Shown here: piece after piece, positions 49,425 to 59,884 of the stretch
Position numbering within the stretch: position 1 is the first letter of the stretch
Layout of the letters: every line of letters begins with the position of its first letter
Translations under genes and position numbers: made by a program
Origin: Longimicrobiales bacterium
GTDB taxonomy: Bacteria > Gemmatimonadota > Gemmatimonadetes > Longimicrobiales > Gaopeijiaceae
Assembly (NCBI GenBank): GCA_965219445.1
Contig: CBDCNQ010000005.1
Span: 640,001 to 704,000 of the forward strand
DNA length: 64,000 nucleotides
Reading direction: 5' to 3'
The notes under the pieces: model-generated
Seen by the model: only the letters and a program-made list of their open reading frames with translations
Told to the model about the DNA's origin: nothing
Database searches by the model: none

Positions 49425-49784
49425 ATGACGCCATCTCCCCGGACGCTCGACTGGCAGTATTACCGCCCCGGATGACAGAGCTGCAAGCGCACGCAGGAGT
49501 TTCTTGCGAAGAACGCCATCCCTGACGGTGTGGTTCAGAGCGCGACGAAGGAGCCGGTAATCGGCGAGGCTGCGCTGACCGTTCTCGAGGGCATCGAACA
49601 CCTCCACGTGGCCAAGGGAACGAAGATCCTCCACTTCGATCTGTCACGGGATCGGCCCGCGGACGCCGAGCTGCTCGGCATGCTCCTCGGCCGCTCGGGA
49701 AAGCTGAGAGCGCCGACCATCAGGACGGGTGCCACACTCTTGGTGGGGTATAACCTTGACCTACTCGAGACCGGGTTGTTGTAA
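49425..49784 (+). CDS. ArsC/Spx-like selenoprotein (UxxC), 119 aa
   Basis: GAGG RBS; MTPSPRTLDWQYYRPG-TGA(49473)-QSCKRTQEFL is in frame with the 49530-49784 ORF (LRAPT motif); hairpin downstream of the TGA. Confidence 0.78.
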
Positions 49785-49863
49785 CGTAGAGTAGGTACTA
49801 GAAGCGACACCAGGTCCCCTCGCGGCCCCTTCGCCGACAAGTGCTTGAGCAGTTTGCGCTCCG

Positions 49864-50445
49864 ATGAAGGGACGGTTGCTGGTGAGGAACAAGCTCGGTG
49901 TGGCGCTTTTGGCACTCGCGATCGCGGCGGCCTGGAGTGTTATAGCGCGTGAACAAGCGCCGATAAGCGCGGGCACCTTCTTGGTCTACGACAACGCCGG
50001 CATGGAGATGCGGCTGACTTTCTCCCCCGCGGGCGGCGGCCGATTCGGCACAAGCATCTCCTACCTGGGCGAGGACGGGATGTACGAATCGGCCCAGCCA
50101 TCGTCCGCGCCGAGCAACGTCGTCGATACACGTATGCGAACCACCGATGGTCTTGTCTTCGAGCTAGGCTCGCTGGGACCGCTGTGGGTGCCACCGAACG
50201 AGGTACGCGAGGGCGGTAGCGCACACGGCACGCGAGTTAGTGAGGTTCGACGGTGGGAAAACTGGGAGGTCGGCGTGGTGACAGCCAGTGTCGGGATCGG
50301 TGGGGCGCTGCGTGGTGAATGGTACTATGACACGCGGACGGGCTTCCTGGTCGGAGGTACGAAGAGCACGGCGGTATCGCTCCCGGGCGACGGGCAGGTG
50401 TTCACCCTAACGGACAGCAATCTCCCCGACCTCGGTCTCCGCTAG
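49864..50445 (+). CDS. Hypothetical secreted protein
   Basis: N-terminal hydrophobic segment; beta-rich; WYYD..TG.L. Confidence 0.65.
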   Translation: MKGRLLVRNKLGVALLALAIAAAWSVIAREQAPISAGTFLVYDNAGMEMRLTFSPAGGGRFGTSISYLGEDGMYESAQPSSAPSNVVDTRMRTTDGLVFELGSLGPLWVPPNEVREGGSAHGTRVSEVRRWENWEVGVVTASVGIGGALRGEWYYDTRTGFLVGGTKSTAVSLPGDGQVFTLTDSNLPDLGLR

Positions 50446-50497
50446 TCCACAAGGAGATTGGTGGCCCCGGGGAGCGTTAACCCACGGCGCGATCGAC

Positions 50498-51184
50498 CTA
50501 CTCGACGATCAGGGGATCGACAGACTGGCGGACCTCTACCCGCATCCTGGACCCGAAAAGGCCCCCGGCGATATCCACCTCATTGAAGCGGAAGACTCGG
50601 ATACGCTGATCTACCCTGGCCGGGTTCGATGCACCCGGAATGATCACGGCACCCGTGTCCGGCAGTAGCACAGGCCCGTAGTCCCTCGTCTCAATTTCAG
50701 CACTCCTGGCCTGCGAAGGCACGTCCCAACGCACCGTCAGATCCTGGTCCGCTGAAACCGTCGAGTCCACCGTAGGCTCAGTTATCGTATGGATTCCTGG
50801 CCCACCCAACACGACGCCCCCTACAACGTCCGTACCGCTCACGACACTGAGCTCAAAGTCACCCTCATGGAAGGTGTTGCTCTCTGCTACGTAGTCCCCT
50901 GATGCGCCGGCGTCGAGGAGCGTGACTACGCCAAATCCGGCGTTCGTAATGGTGACCGTAGCTCCCGTCACCAGCTCGCCCATCCCATCGCGAACCCGGA
51001 CTGAGAACTCGGTGACAAAGCCACCGGCCTGGTCGTAGGCATCGACGTCCGCGCGGATGTCGAGCGTTCCGGTCCCGGTTCCGGGGTCATTCCGCTCGAT
51101 GGCAGGGTCGGTCAGGCTATCTCCACAGGACGCGAGAAAGACCGCGGCGCCCATTCCCACAACAGCAAACATCTTGAATCTCAT
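50498..51184 (-). CDS. Hypothetical lipoprotein
   Basis: LASC lipobox; GAGG RBS; Ig-like beta content. Confidence 0.75.
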   Translation of the reverse strand: MRFKMFAVVGMGAAVFLASCGDSLTDPAIERNDPGTGTGTLDIRADVDAYDQAGGFVTEFSVRVRDGMGELVTGATVTITNAGFGVVTLLDAGASGDYVAESNTFHEGDFELSVVSGTDVVGGVVLGGPGIHTITEPTVDSTVSADQDLTVRWDVPSQARSAEIETRDYGPVLLPDTGAVIIPGASNPARVDQRIRVFRFNEVDIAGGLFGSRMRVEVRQSVDPLIVE

Positions 51185-51247
51185 TCCTCAAACTCTCCCT
51201 TACATCTGTCCTGAAACCACCTCTTAACACAAAGCCCCCTTATTCAG

Positions 51248-51264
51248 TGCAACAATCGAGCCAC
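51248..51264 (-). promoter_or_regulatory. Probable sigma54 promoter
   Basis: TGGCTC-GATTG-TTGCA. Confidence 0.55.
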
Positions 51265-51325
51265 GAAATCGCTGACTCGGGCCGTCCGGAGTTCTCGCTG
51301 GCGCCCGGGAGCGGCATGGAGTCCC

Positions 51326-52366
51326 TCAGACGTTGAAGCGCACGTGCATGATGTCGCCGTCGGACACGACGTAGTCTTTCCCTTCGACTTGGAGTCGCCC
51401 GGCCTCCTTCACCGCCTGTTCGGATCCGAACTCCATGAAGGTCTCATAGGGAATCACCTCCGCCCGGATGAAGCCACGCTCCAGATCGGAGTGAATACGG
51501 CCCGCCGCAGGCCGTGCGTGTGTGCCGCGCCGGATGGTCCAGGCCCTCACCTCGTCCCCTCCGACCGTAAAAAAGGAAATGAGGTCCAACAGGCCGTACG
51601 CTGTTCGGATGAAGCGTGCCAGCGCCGGCTCACTTAGGCCGAGATCTTCCAGAAACGCGGCCTGATCCCCCGAGTCGAGCCCCGCAATCTCGGCCTCCAC
51701 GCTCGCCGACAACACCATGCCTGCCGCATCCAGCTCCCCGAGGCGAGCGGCGATCCCTTCGGGCATCGGCTCCGCGGCTTCGGTCTCGCCGCGGTTCAGA
51801 GCCACAAGCAGCGGACGGTCCGTGAGCAGCCCGTAGCCCCGCAAATAGGCGGGATTCAGTTCCTCCCGAGGAAGCAGCCGTAACGGGCGCTCCTCCTCGA
51901 GTGTCGACTTCATCACCTCGAACGCCGCAACCTCGTGCGGCTCGGCAGGCTCCTTCTTTGCCCGCTCGAGCCTACGATCGACAATTTCGAGATCGGCGAA
52001 CACACATTCCGTATGGAATGCTTCGAGGTCCGCTGCTGGCTCCGGCTCACCCTCGATCGCGGGGTTCACGAAGTCACGGAGGACCAAGCAAAGCGCCTCC
52101 TGGTCGCGGATCTGCTGAAGCCCTCGGGCAGAGAGCCCCTTCTTTTCGGCCCCGTGCTCGCCGGGAATGTCACAAAAGCTAATCTCGGCATAGGTCGTTT
52201 TCTTACGGGAGAAGATGGCCGACAGCTCGTCGATCCGCTCGTCCGGAACTCGAACGACGCCGAGTCGCAGTTCCCCGCCGAACCCCACCGGCACGTCCAT
52301 ACCCGTCATCGTATTGAAGACGGTCGTCTTGCCGGAGCCGGCAAACCCAACCAGTCCTATTTTCAT
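51326..52366 (-). CDS. ychF: YchF family ATPase
   Basis: GSGKTT, D.RID.L, FFTVG..EVRAW, IHSD...GFIRAE, EGKDY.V.DGD. Confidence 0.92.
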   Translation of the reverse strand: MKIGLVGFAGSGKTTVFNTMTGMDVPVGFGGELRLGVVRVPDERIDELSAIFSRKKTTYAEISFCDIPGEHGAEKKGLSARGLQQIRDQEALCLVLRDFVNPAIEGEPEPAADLEAFHTECVFADLEIVDRRLERAKKEPAEPHEVAAFEVMKSTLEEERPLRLLPREELNPAYLRGYGLLTDRPLLVALNRGETEAAEPMPEGIAARLGELDAAGMVLSASVEAEIAGLDSGDQAAFLEDLGLSEPALARFIRTAYGLLDLISFFTVGGDEVRAWTIRRGTHARPAAGRIHSDLERGFIRAEVIPYETFMEFGSEQAVKEAGRLQVEGKDYVVSDGDIMHVRFNV

Positions 52367-52656
52367 TCACTCTCCGCGGATCAAAGTCGCCGCAATGTCC
52401 CCATTCGTAACGGATTTCCGGAGCTGTGCGGGCCGTTCGAGACTTGGACAGATCGTGCGGAACGGCGTCCGAAACGATGGCAAAGTGAAGCGTCGGCCAC
52501 AGTATAGCACAACGAGGTCTCACGCATGACCGTCCACGGGATCGACGTGGGGAAGTCCGCTGCCGGGGGCGGAACAGAGGCTCGAAGGCTTGACAGCGAC
52601 AGGCTCTTTCCTCTATCTAAACCCTTACGCTTGTCTCCTCAGGAGACTCTCTTTCA

Positions 52657-52770
52657 ATGAAGCACGCAGCGACCATGTTCAGAAATCTCTCTAGCCTTGA
52701 AATCCTTCGACTTACGGAGCTTGCTCCTTTGGGGAGAGGGCTTCGGTCTCTGGTAATCGGTACAGCCTGA
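52657..52770 (+). CDS. leu operon leader peptide
   Basis: AGGAGA RBS; MKHAATMFRNLSSLEILRLTELAPLGRGLRSLVIGTA has 8 Leu, five of them CTT; TTGACA at 52590. Confidence 0.7.
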   Translation: MKHAATMFRNLSSLEILRLTELAPLGRGLRSLVIGTA

Positions 52771-52798
52771 CGGAAACGAGATCGAACGCGGCGACGCG

Positions 52799-52834
52799 CG
52801 GGCCCTCTCAACAACGAGGGGCCCGTTTTTATTT
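52799..52834 (+). terminator. Attenuator terminator before leuA
   Basis: CGGGCCCTCTC-AACAAC-GAGGGGCCCG-TTTTTATTT. Confidence 0.85.
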
Positions 52835-52866
52835 CGATATGAGACTCGCAGCAGGATAGCAAGATC

Positions 52867-54426
52867 ATGGCCAAAATCACCATTTTCGATACGACACTGA
52901 GGGATGGCGAACAGTCGCCCGGAGCCACGATGTCCACGCCCGAAAAGCTCAGGATGGCGACCCAGCTCGACGAGCTCGGCGTGGATGTCATCGAAGCGGG
53001 ATTTCCCGTGGCCTCCGACGACGACTTCGAGGGCGTACGCGCCATCGTCAAAGAGATCCGGCGCCCGGTGATCGCAGCTCTTGCCCGCGCGCACCCCTTG
53101 GACGTCGATCGTGCCGGGGCCGCCGTTGCGGGGGCGGACAAGCCCAGAATCCACGTCTTTCTGGCCACGTCGGACATCCACCTGAAACACAAGCTGGAGA
53201 TCGGGCGTGAGGAGTGCCTGGAGCGGGTGGTCGAGGGCGTCGAGCGTGCCAAGAAGATGGTGGACGACGTGGAATTCAGCGCCGAGGACGCCACCCGTAC
53301 CGACGTGACCTTCCTCTGCCAGGTAGTTCAGGCAGCGGTCGAAGCCGGTGCCACGACGATCAACATCCCCGACACAGTCGGATATACGCTGCCCAGTGAA
53401 TATCGGTCCTTGATCGAGACCCTGTTCCGAGACGCGAAGGGTCTGGAGAATACGATCGTCAGCGTGCATTGCCACGACGATCTCGGCCTCGCCGTGGCCA
53501 ATTCGCTGGCTGCCTTGGACGCGGGCGTTCGCCAAGTCGAATGCACCATCAACGGGATTGGCGAGAGAGCCGGTAATGCCTCCCTCGAGGAAATCGTCAT
53601 GGCGCTCCGGGTCCGGAAGGATCTGACAGAGCACCACACGGACATCGACACGACGGTTCTCTACAAGGCCAGCCAGCTGCTGTCCCACATCACGGGCATC
53701 CACCCACAGCCCAACAAGGCGATCGTGGGTCGCAACGCGTTTTCCCATGAAGCGGGCATCCATCAGCACGGCATGCTGAAGGAGCGCATGACGTACGAGA
53801 TCATGACTCCGGAAATGGTCGGTGCTCCCGGAACACGATTGGTCCTGGGAAAACACTCCGGGCGGCACGGTCTCCGCAACCGATACGAGGAGCTCGGCTA
53901 CGACCTGGAGGATGACGAGCTCGATCGAGCCTACAAGCTGTTCACTCTCGTTGCGGACCAGAAGAAGTCGATTCTCGACGAGGACCTCCTGGTCATCCTG
54001 CACCACGGGGCCATGAAGGACACGCCAGAGTCGTTCCGTCTCCAAGAGCTGGACGTGAACTGCGGGGGCAAGTGGTCCACCGCACGCGTCAGGGTGTCGC
54101 ACCGGGACGGACCGCCGAGGGAGGCGTCCGGCAAGGGCGACGGACCCATCGCCGCTGCCTTCTCCGCCATCGACGAATTGATCGACGCAACGGTGGAGAT
54201 CATAGACTTCGAGATCGTGGCCGCCACGCCGGGCCGGGATGCGATCGGAGAGGTCAACCTTCATGCTCGTATCGGCGGGCGGACGTTCGCCGGCCGGGGC
54301 GCCTCGACCGACGTCGTGGACGCCGCCGCCCGGGCGTACATCAACGTGCTCAACAAGGCTGAACAGGCCAAGGCTCTCGAAGGGATGGACGTGGAGACGG
54401 AAAGCTCGCTGGGAGGTCTGGCGTGA
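52867..54426 (+). CDS. leuA: 2-isopropylmalate synthase
   Basis: DTTLRDGEQ, HCHDDLG, GIGERAGN, regulatory domain GDGP. Confidence 0.96.
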   Translation: MAKITIFDTTLRDGEQSPGATMSTPEKLRMATQLDELGVDVIEAGFPVASDDDFEGVRAIVKEIRRPVIAALARAHPLDVDRAGAAVAGADKPRIHVFLATSDIHLKHKLEIGREECLERVVEGVERAKKMVDDVEFSAEDATRTDVTFLCQVVQAAVEAGATTINIPDTVGYTLPSEYRSLIETLFRDAKGLENTIVSVHCHDDLGLAVANSLAALDAGVRQVECTINGIGERAGNASLEEIVMALRVRKDLTEHHTDIDTTVLYKASQLLSHITGIHPQPNKAIVGRNAFSHEAGIHQHGMLKERMTYEIMTPEMVGAPGTRLVLGKHSGRHGLRNRYEELGYDLEDDELDRAYKLFTLVADQKKSILDEDLLVILHHGAMKDTPESFRLQELDVNCGGKWSTARVRVSHRDGPPREASGKGDGPIAAAFSAIDELIDATVEIIDFEIVAATPGRDAIGEVNLHARIGGRTFAGRGASTDVVDAAARAYINVLNKAEQAKALEGMDVETESSLGGLA

Positions 54427-55511
54427 GGTGGCGGATCGCCGTCCTGGGTGGAGACGGGATCGGTCCCGAGGTCATCGAGGCATCTCTCCCGGTCCTGCGA
54501 GCGACGGCAAAGCGCTTCGGCCATGAGTTCATCGCCGACGTCCGGGACGTGGGGTTCGCCGCATACGAGCGGAGTGGGCATCCCCTCCCGGACCAGACAT
54601 TGGAGGCCTGCCGCAGCGCCGACGCCGTACTGCTCGGGGCGGTCGGGGATCCGCGCTCCGAGGGCGTACCCGTGGAGTTGCGTCCGGAGGCCGCGCTCCT
54701 GGCCCTTCGTAAGGAGATGGGGTGCTACGCCAATCTCCGTCCGGTTCGGCTCTTGCCCGCCCTGACTTCGGCCTCTCCGCTGCGCCCGGAGACCGTGGCC
54801 GGTACCGACCTGGTCATCGTCCGCGAATTGGCCGGCGGGCTCTACTACGGCGAGCCGCGTGGCCCCCTCGAGGAGGGACGGGCCGCCGTGGACACCATGA
54901 AGTACCATCAGGACGAAGTGGCCCGCATCGCGCGGGTGGCCTTCGAAACGGCGCGGGGACGTAAGAAGAGCGTGCTCTCCGTCGATAAGGCCAACGTGCT
55001 GCACAGCTCCCGACTCTGGCGCCGGGTGGTCGACGAGATCGCCGAGGAATATCCGGACGTCGAGTGTGGCCACATGCTGGTGGATCGCGCGGCGATGGAG
55101 CTCGTGCTGAACCCGTCGAGCTTCGATGTCGTGCTGACGCCCAACCTCTTCGGGGACGTGCTCAGCGATGAGGCCGCCGCGGTCGTCGGATCCATCGGCC
55201 TGCTGGCCTCTGCGAGCACCGGCAGCGGTGGCGGCATCTTCGAGCCGATACACGGGTCCGCTCCCGACATTGTGGGGACGGGGACCGCCAACCCGCTCGC
55301 GATGATTCTCTCGGCCGCGCTCCTGCTCCGCCACGTCTACTCGCTCGATGCGGAGTCCGCGGCCATTGAGGGTGCCGTGGCACAGGTGCTCGAAGACGGG
55401 CTACGTACGAGGGACCTGGTTCAAGACGGCGAGACCGCCGTTGGGACGGAAGAGATGGGGAGGGCCGTCACGGCGGTGATCTCGAACGCCGAGGTGAGCG
55501 TCGATGCCTAG
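54423..55511 (+). CDS. leuB: 3-isopropylmalate dehydrogenase
   Basis: [34 protein letters not shown]. Confidence 0.96.
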   Translation: MRWRIAVLGGDGIGPEVIEASLPVLRATAKRFGHEFIADVRDVGFAAYERSGHPLPDQTLEACRSADAVLLGAVGDPRSEGVPVELRPEAALLALRKEMGCYANLRPVRLLPALTSASPLRPETVAGTDLVIVRELAGGLYYGEPRGPLEEGRAAVDTMKYHQDEVARIARVAFETARGRKKSVLSVDKANVLHSSRLWRRVVDEIAEEYPDVECGHMLVDRAAMELVLNPSSFDVVLTPNLFGDVLSDEAAAVVGSIGLLASASTGSGGGIFEPIHGSAPDIVGTGTANPLAMILSAALLLRHVYSLDAESAAIEGAVAQVLEDGLRTRDLVQDGETAVGTEEMGRAVTAVISNAEVSVDA

Positions 55512-56904
55512 AACCATGCTCGACAAGATCTGGGATGCGCACCTCGTCCACAGCCAGGCCGACCGGCCGGACCTGCTGTACGTCGACCTGCACCTCATCC
55601 ACGAAGTCACCTCACCCCAGGCGTTCGAGGGGCTTCGGCTCGCGGGACGCCGAGTGCGCCGGCCTGAACTTTGCGTGGCGACCGTGGACCACAATGTGCC
55701 GACCACCGACCGGTCCCTTCCGATCGTGGACGACCTGGCCCGGACCCAGATCGAGGTCTTGCGTAAGAACACCGACGAGTTTGGCATCACGCTCCACGAC
55801 ATCGACAGCCCACATCAGGGCATCGTGCACGTGATGGGACCCGAGATGGGGTTCACGCAACCCGGCCAGACCATCGTCTGCGGGGACAGCCATACATCCA
55901 CCCACGGTGCCTTCGGAGCGCTGGCCTTCGGGATCGGCACGTCCCAGGTGGAACATGTGTTGGCGACACAGTGCCTGCTGATGTCCCGTCCGAAATCGAT
56001 GGAGATCCGAGTGAACGGCGATCTTCCTCACGGTGTCACGGCCAAGGATCTGATTCTGGCGATCATCCACCAGATCGGGGTGGGTGGGGGCACTGGGCAC
56101 GTAATCGAGTACACGGGGGAAGCCCTGCGCGCCCTTTCGATGGAAGCCCGCATGACCGTGTGCAACATGTCGATCGAGGCCGGCGCACAGGCCGGGATGA
56201 TCGCACCCGACGAGAAGACCGTGCGTTATCTTCGGGGCCGGCCGAGGGCTCCCCAGGGGAAGGCATTCGACGAGGCGGCTACTCAATGGGCCGCGTTCCG
56301 AACCGACGCGGGAGCTGTTTTTGACGAAACGGTGGAGATCGACGCCACGTCATTGGAGCCCTTCGTGACGTGGGGCACCAATCCGGGCATGTCGGTGGGG
56401 GTCACCGGTGCGGTGCCGGATCGGGCACCAGAAGTGTCCCCGGATGACCGTGAGGCGATGGAGCGGGCGCTCGAGTACATGGCTCTCGAGCCGGGGACAC
56501 CGATCCAGGAGATCGAAATCGACCGCGTCTTCGTGGGGTCCTGCACGAATTCACGAATCGAGGACCTCCGGACCGCGGCGGGCATCGTGGACGGCAAACG
56601 GGTGCACGAAAGGGTCAAGGCAATGGTCGTTCCGGGCTCGGCTGCCGTTAAGCGAATGGCCGAAGAGGAGGGTTTGGACCAGGTCTTCCGAGACGCGGGA
56701 TTCGATTGGCGTGAAGCGGGATGCTCGATGTGTCTTGGAATGAACCCCGACATCCTGGCCCCCGGCGAGCGATGCGCCTCCACCTCGAACCGTAACTTCG
56801 AAGGACGGCAGGGTCGCGGAGGGCGGACACACCTCGTGAGCCCCGCGATGGCTGCCGCGGCGGCCGTGGCGGGACATTTCGTAGACATACGGGAGTGGGT
56901 GTAG
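55504..56904 (+). CDS. leuC: Isopropylmalate dehydratase large subunit
   Basis: [35 protein letters not shown]. Confidence 0.97.
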   Translation: MPRTMLDKIWDAHLVHSQADRPDLLYVDLHLIHEVTSPQAFEGLRLAGRRVRRPELCVATVDHNVPTTDRSLPIVDDLARTQIEVLRKNTDEFGITLHDIDSPHQGIVHVMGPEMGFTQPGQTIVCGDSHTSTHGAFGALAFGIGTSQVEHVLATQCLLMSRPKSMEIRVNGDLPHGVTAKDLILAIIHQIGVGGGTGHVIEYTGEALRALSMEARMTVCNMSIEAGAQAGMIAPDEKTVRYLRGRPRAPQGKAFDEAATQWAAFRTDAGAVFDETVEIDATSLEPFVTWGTNPGMSVGVTGAVPDRAPEVSPDDREAMERALEYMALEPGTPIQEIEIDRVFVGSCTNSRIEDLRTAAGIVDGKRVHERVKAMVVPGSAAVKRMAEEEGLDQVFRDAGFDWREAGCSMCLGMNPDILAPGERCASTSNRNFEGRQGRGGRTHLVSPAMAAAAAVAGHFVDIREWV

Positions 56905-56906
56905 CG

Positions 56907-57497
56907 ATGGATCCGTTCACATCGCATACGGGCAAGGTCACGCCGTTGGATCGCCTGGACGTCGATACCGACCAGATCATCCCCAAGCAGTTTCTGAAGC
57001 GGATCGAGCGGACTGGATATGGACAGTTCCTCTTCTACGACTGGCGGAGGCTGGAAGACGGCTCCCCGAACCCGGAGTTCACTCTCAACCGGCCAGAATA
57101 CGAGGGAGGCACAGTTCTGGTCGCGGGGCGGAACTTCGGTTGCGGGTCCTCTCGGGAGCACGCCCCGTGGGCCCTGTTGGACTATGGATTTCGGGCAGTC
57201 ATCTCAACTGGTTTCGCCGACATCTTCAAGAACAACTGCTACCAGAACGGTCTCCTGCCCATCGAACTCGACGATGCCGACGTGGCCCACATCATGACGG
57301 CGGCACTGGCCGGGGACGGCTACGAAGTCGCCGTAGACCTGGAAACCCAAGAGGTCCGGGACAGAAGCGGCTGGACCGCCGGCTTTTCCATCGACCCCTT
57401 TCGGCGTCACTGCCTCATGAGCGGCCTGGACGACATCGGGCTTACGCTCACGCTCGAGAGTGAGATTCGGGCGTTCGAGGATGGGAGGGGCAGTTAG
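56907..57497 (+). CDS. leuD: Isopropylmalate dehydratase small subunit
   Basis: DTDQIIPKQFL, NFGCGSSREHA. Confidence 0.97.
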   Translation: MDPFTSHTGKVTPLDRLDVDTDQIIPKQFLKRIERTGYGQFLFYDWRRLEDGSPNPEFTLNRPEYEGGTVLVAGRNFGCGSSREHAPWALLDYGFRAVISTGFADIFKNNCYQNGLLPIELDDADVAHIMTAALAGDGYEVAVDLETQEVRDRSGWTAGFSIDPFRRHCLMSGLDDIGLTLTLESEIRAFEDGRGS

Positions 57498-57519
57498 GTG
57501 GCTCGTCGCACCATGTGAC

Positions 57520-58164
57520 ATGGAGGCGGGTGTGCGCCGGAATGGTCTGAAAGTTACGACTCTACTAGTCGCGTACGTCGCGTGGGTCGTGCTGCTGCGT
57601 GTCGATTTCGGTGGGGATCTCGCCGACACAGTGGTCACCATCTTCGGACCAATTCCCCTGGCGATTGCCGTGCTTGCCCTAGAGAACCGGCGCGGCCGTT
57701 TGATCGACTGGCTCCAGGGAGTTATGCCGGGGCTGGTCCCCGGCTTGGTCGCTGGATTAATGCTGGGATTGGCACTGCGCGTGGCGATGCGGTTAGTGGC
57801 GTTAGCAGTAGGCACAACAACCAGCTTCACAGTGCCGGGCACTCTCATAGTGCTGTTGATCTTTATGCTGTTGGGAGGGGCCTACGGGACGCTGCTCACC
57901 GCCGTTTGGCGATCCATACCCGGTTTTCAGTCAGCTCCCGGTCTGAATGGTGGGACCGCCTTAGCATTGTGGTTTTGGTACCCGTTCTTCCTAGCTGCGG
58001 CGGACGATTTGCGTGGCCTGGTCTCGGCGCCCCTAGTCGTACTCTTTACGACCTTGTTGGCAGGAACGTGGATTGGGTACGGAATATTACTCGCAGCCTT
58101 GATGCGGCGCGCCGGTTCGCTCCCCGAGTCTGTCTTAGATGACGCATCCTCTCGCGCCACCTAG
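57520..58164 (+). CDS. Hypothetical multi-pass membrane protein
   Basis: About 6 hydrophobic segments; more AT-ending codons than neighbours. Confidence 0.6.
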   Translation: MEAGVRRNGLKVTTLLVAYVAWVVLLRVDFGGDLADTVVTIFGPIPLAIAVLALENRRGRLIDWLQGVMPGLVPGLVAGLMLGLALRVAMRLVALAVGTTTSFTVPGTLIVLLIFMLLGGAYGTLLTAVWRSIPGFQSAPGLNGGTALALWFWYPFFLAAADDLRGLVSAPLVVLFTTLLAGTWIGYGILLAALMRRAGSLPESVLDDASSRAT

Positions 58165-58201
58165 CAGACGATTGCTGTTGACCCGGTAACCTGCAAATCC
58201 G

Positions 58202-59884
58202 CTAGCTCGTCGTCGCCCCCGTCGCCGCGGACGACACCAGCTTCGTGTACTTGGCCATCACACCCGGCTCGATCCTCCGATCGATGGGCGTCCACTCTGC
58301 CGCCCGCCGGCTCAGCTCCCCATCATCGACATCCACCGTAATCGCACGGTTTTCGATATCGAGGGTGATCTCGTCTCCATCCCGCACCCCCGCGATGGGC
58401 CCACCCGCAACCGCCTCGGGCGCGACGTGCCCGGCCATCAAGCCGTGCGTCGCCCCGGAAAAGCGCCCGTCCGTCAGCAAGCCGACGGACTCGCCGAGGC
58501 CCGCGCCGGCGAGGGCGGCCGTGACCGCCAGCATTTCCCTCATCCCGGGGCCACCGCGCGGCCCCTCACAACGGATCACCACGACGTCGCCCTCACGGAT
58601 CTCGCCGTTCTGTACCGCCTCGAATGCGGGCTCCTCACCCTCGAACACACGGGCGGGACCCTTGTGAGAAGTCCGAGCGGTCCCGGCGATCTTCAGCACG
58701 CATCCATCCGGCGCGAGGTTGCCGTGGAGCACGACCAGGCCACCCTGCGGCTTCAGCGGATCGTCGAGGGACCGGACGACCTCCTGGCCGGGCGCCTCGG
58801 TGCAATCCTCCACTTCCTCCTCCAATGTGCGTCCGGTCACGGTCATGGCATCGCCGTGAAGAAGCCCAGCCTCGAGAAGGCGCCGCAGTACCAACGCCAC
58901 GCCCCCGGCCTGATGGAGATCGGTGGCGACGAATCGCCCACCGGGCTTCAGGTCGGCGATGAGCGGCGTCCGAGCGCTGATCTCGTCGAAGTCACGAATC
59001 CCCAGTTCCACGCCGGCCTCGTGCGCCAGCGCGAGGAGGTGTAGAACGGAGTTGGTCGATCCACCGGTCGCCACCGCAGCCGCAATCCCGTTCTCCAGAC
59101 TCTTCCTCGTGATGAGGTCGCCCACCTTCAGCCCGGACTCGACCAGCTCCACGGCCCGCCGGCCACACGCCCGCGCGACATCCTCCTTGGCGGGGTCGAT
59201 GGCTGGAACGGAGCCACTCCCCATCGGCGACACACCCATGGCCTCGAACACGGTGGCCATGGTGTTGGCCGTGAACTGGCCTCCACACGCACCCGGGCCC
59301 GGGCACGCGTCCCGCTCCAACGAACTCAACTCCTCCTCCGTGATCCGGCCGGCCGCACAGGCACCGATACCCTCGAAGACGTCCTGAATCGTGACGTCGT
59401 GGCCGTCGTGTTGCCCCGGTTGGATCGAACCCCCATAAAGCATGAGAGACGGCCGATTCAGGCGCGCCATCGCCATCACCGTTCCCGGGATCGTCTTATC
59501 ACAGCCCGAGAGCGTCACCAAACCGTCGAAGAAGTACGCCCGGCCCACCAACTCGATCGAGTCCGCCACGACTTCCCGGCTCACCAGGGAGGCCGTCATC
59601 CCCGAAGTACCCATCGTAATTCCGTCGGACACGGCGATGGTGTTGAACTCGAGCGCAACGCCACCGGCCTCGCGAACGCCCTCTTTGACCCACTCGCCCA
59701 GATCTCGAAGATGGGCATTACAGGGCGTCGTGTCGGTCCACGTGTTGGCGATCCCGATCAGTGGGCGGCCGAAATCATCGTCACGGAGTCCCACGGCGCG
59801 GAGCATGGCACGGGCCGCCGCACGGTCGCGCCCCAGAACGAGCTGATGGCTGATGAGCGGCAGTTTCAGCGGACCATCGCTCAC
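58202..59884 (-). CDS. ilvD: Dihydroxy-acid dehydratase
   Basis: PCN.HL, SDGI, CDKT.PG, GGSTN, GPGMREM, TDGRFSG. Confidence 0.96.
   Translation of the reverse strand: MSDGPLKLPLISHQLVLGRDRAAARAMLRAVGLRDDDFGRPLIGIANTWTDTTPCNAHLRDLGEWVKEGVREAGGVALEFNTIAVSDGITMGTSGMTASLVSREVVADSIELVGRAYFFDGLVTLSGCDKTIPGTVMAMARLNRPSLMLYGGSIQPGQHDGHDVTIQDVFEGIGACAAGRITEEELSSLERDACPGPGACGGQFTANTMATVFEAMGVSPMGSGSVPAIDPAKEDVARACGRRAVELVESGLKVGDLITRKSLENGIAAAVATGGSTNSVLHLLALAHEAGVELGIRDFDEISARTPLIADLKPGGRFVATDLHQAGGVALVLRRLLEAGLLHGDAMTVTGRTLEEEVEDCTEAPGQEVVRSLDDPLKPQGGLVVLHGNLAPDGCVLKIAGTARTSHKGPARVFEGEEPAFEAVQNGEIREGDVVVIRCEGPRGGPGMREMLAVTAALAGAGLGESVGLLTDGRFSGATHGLMAGHVAPEAVAGGPIAGVRDGDEITLDIENRAITVDVDDGELSRRAAEWTPIDRRIEPGVMAKYTKLVSSAATGATTS

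Noticed and set aside
52654..54264. Long antisense ORF over leuA, and similar antisense ORFs over leuB, menB and IS256
   Set aside because: Typical antisense open frames in high-GC coding DNA, with no motifs.
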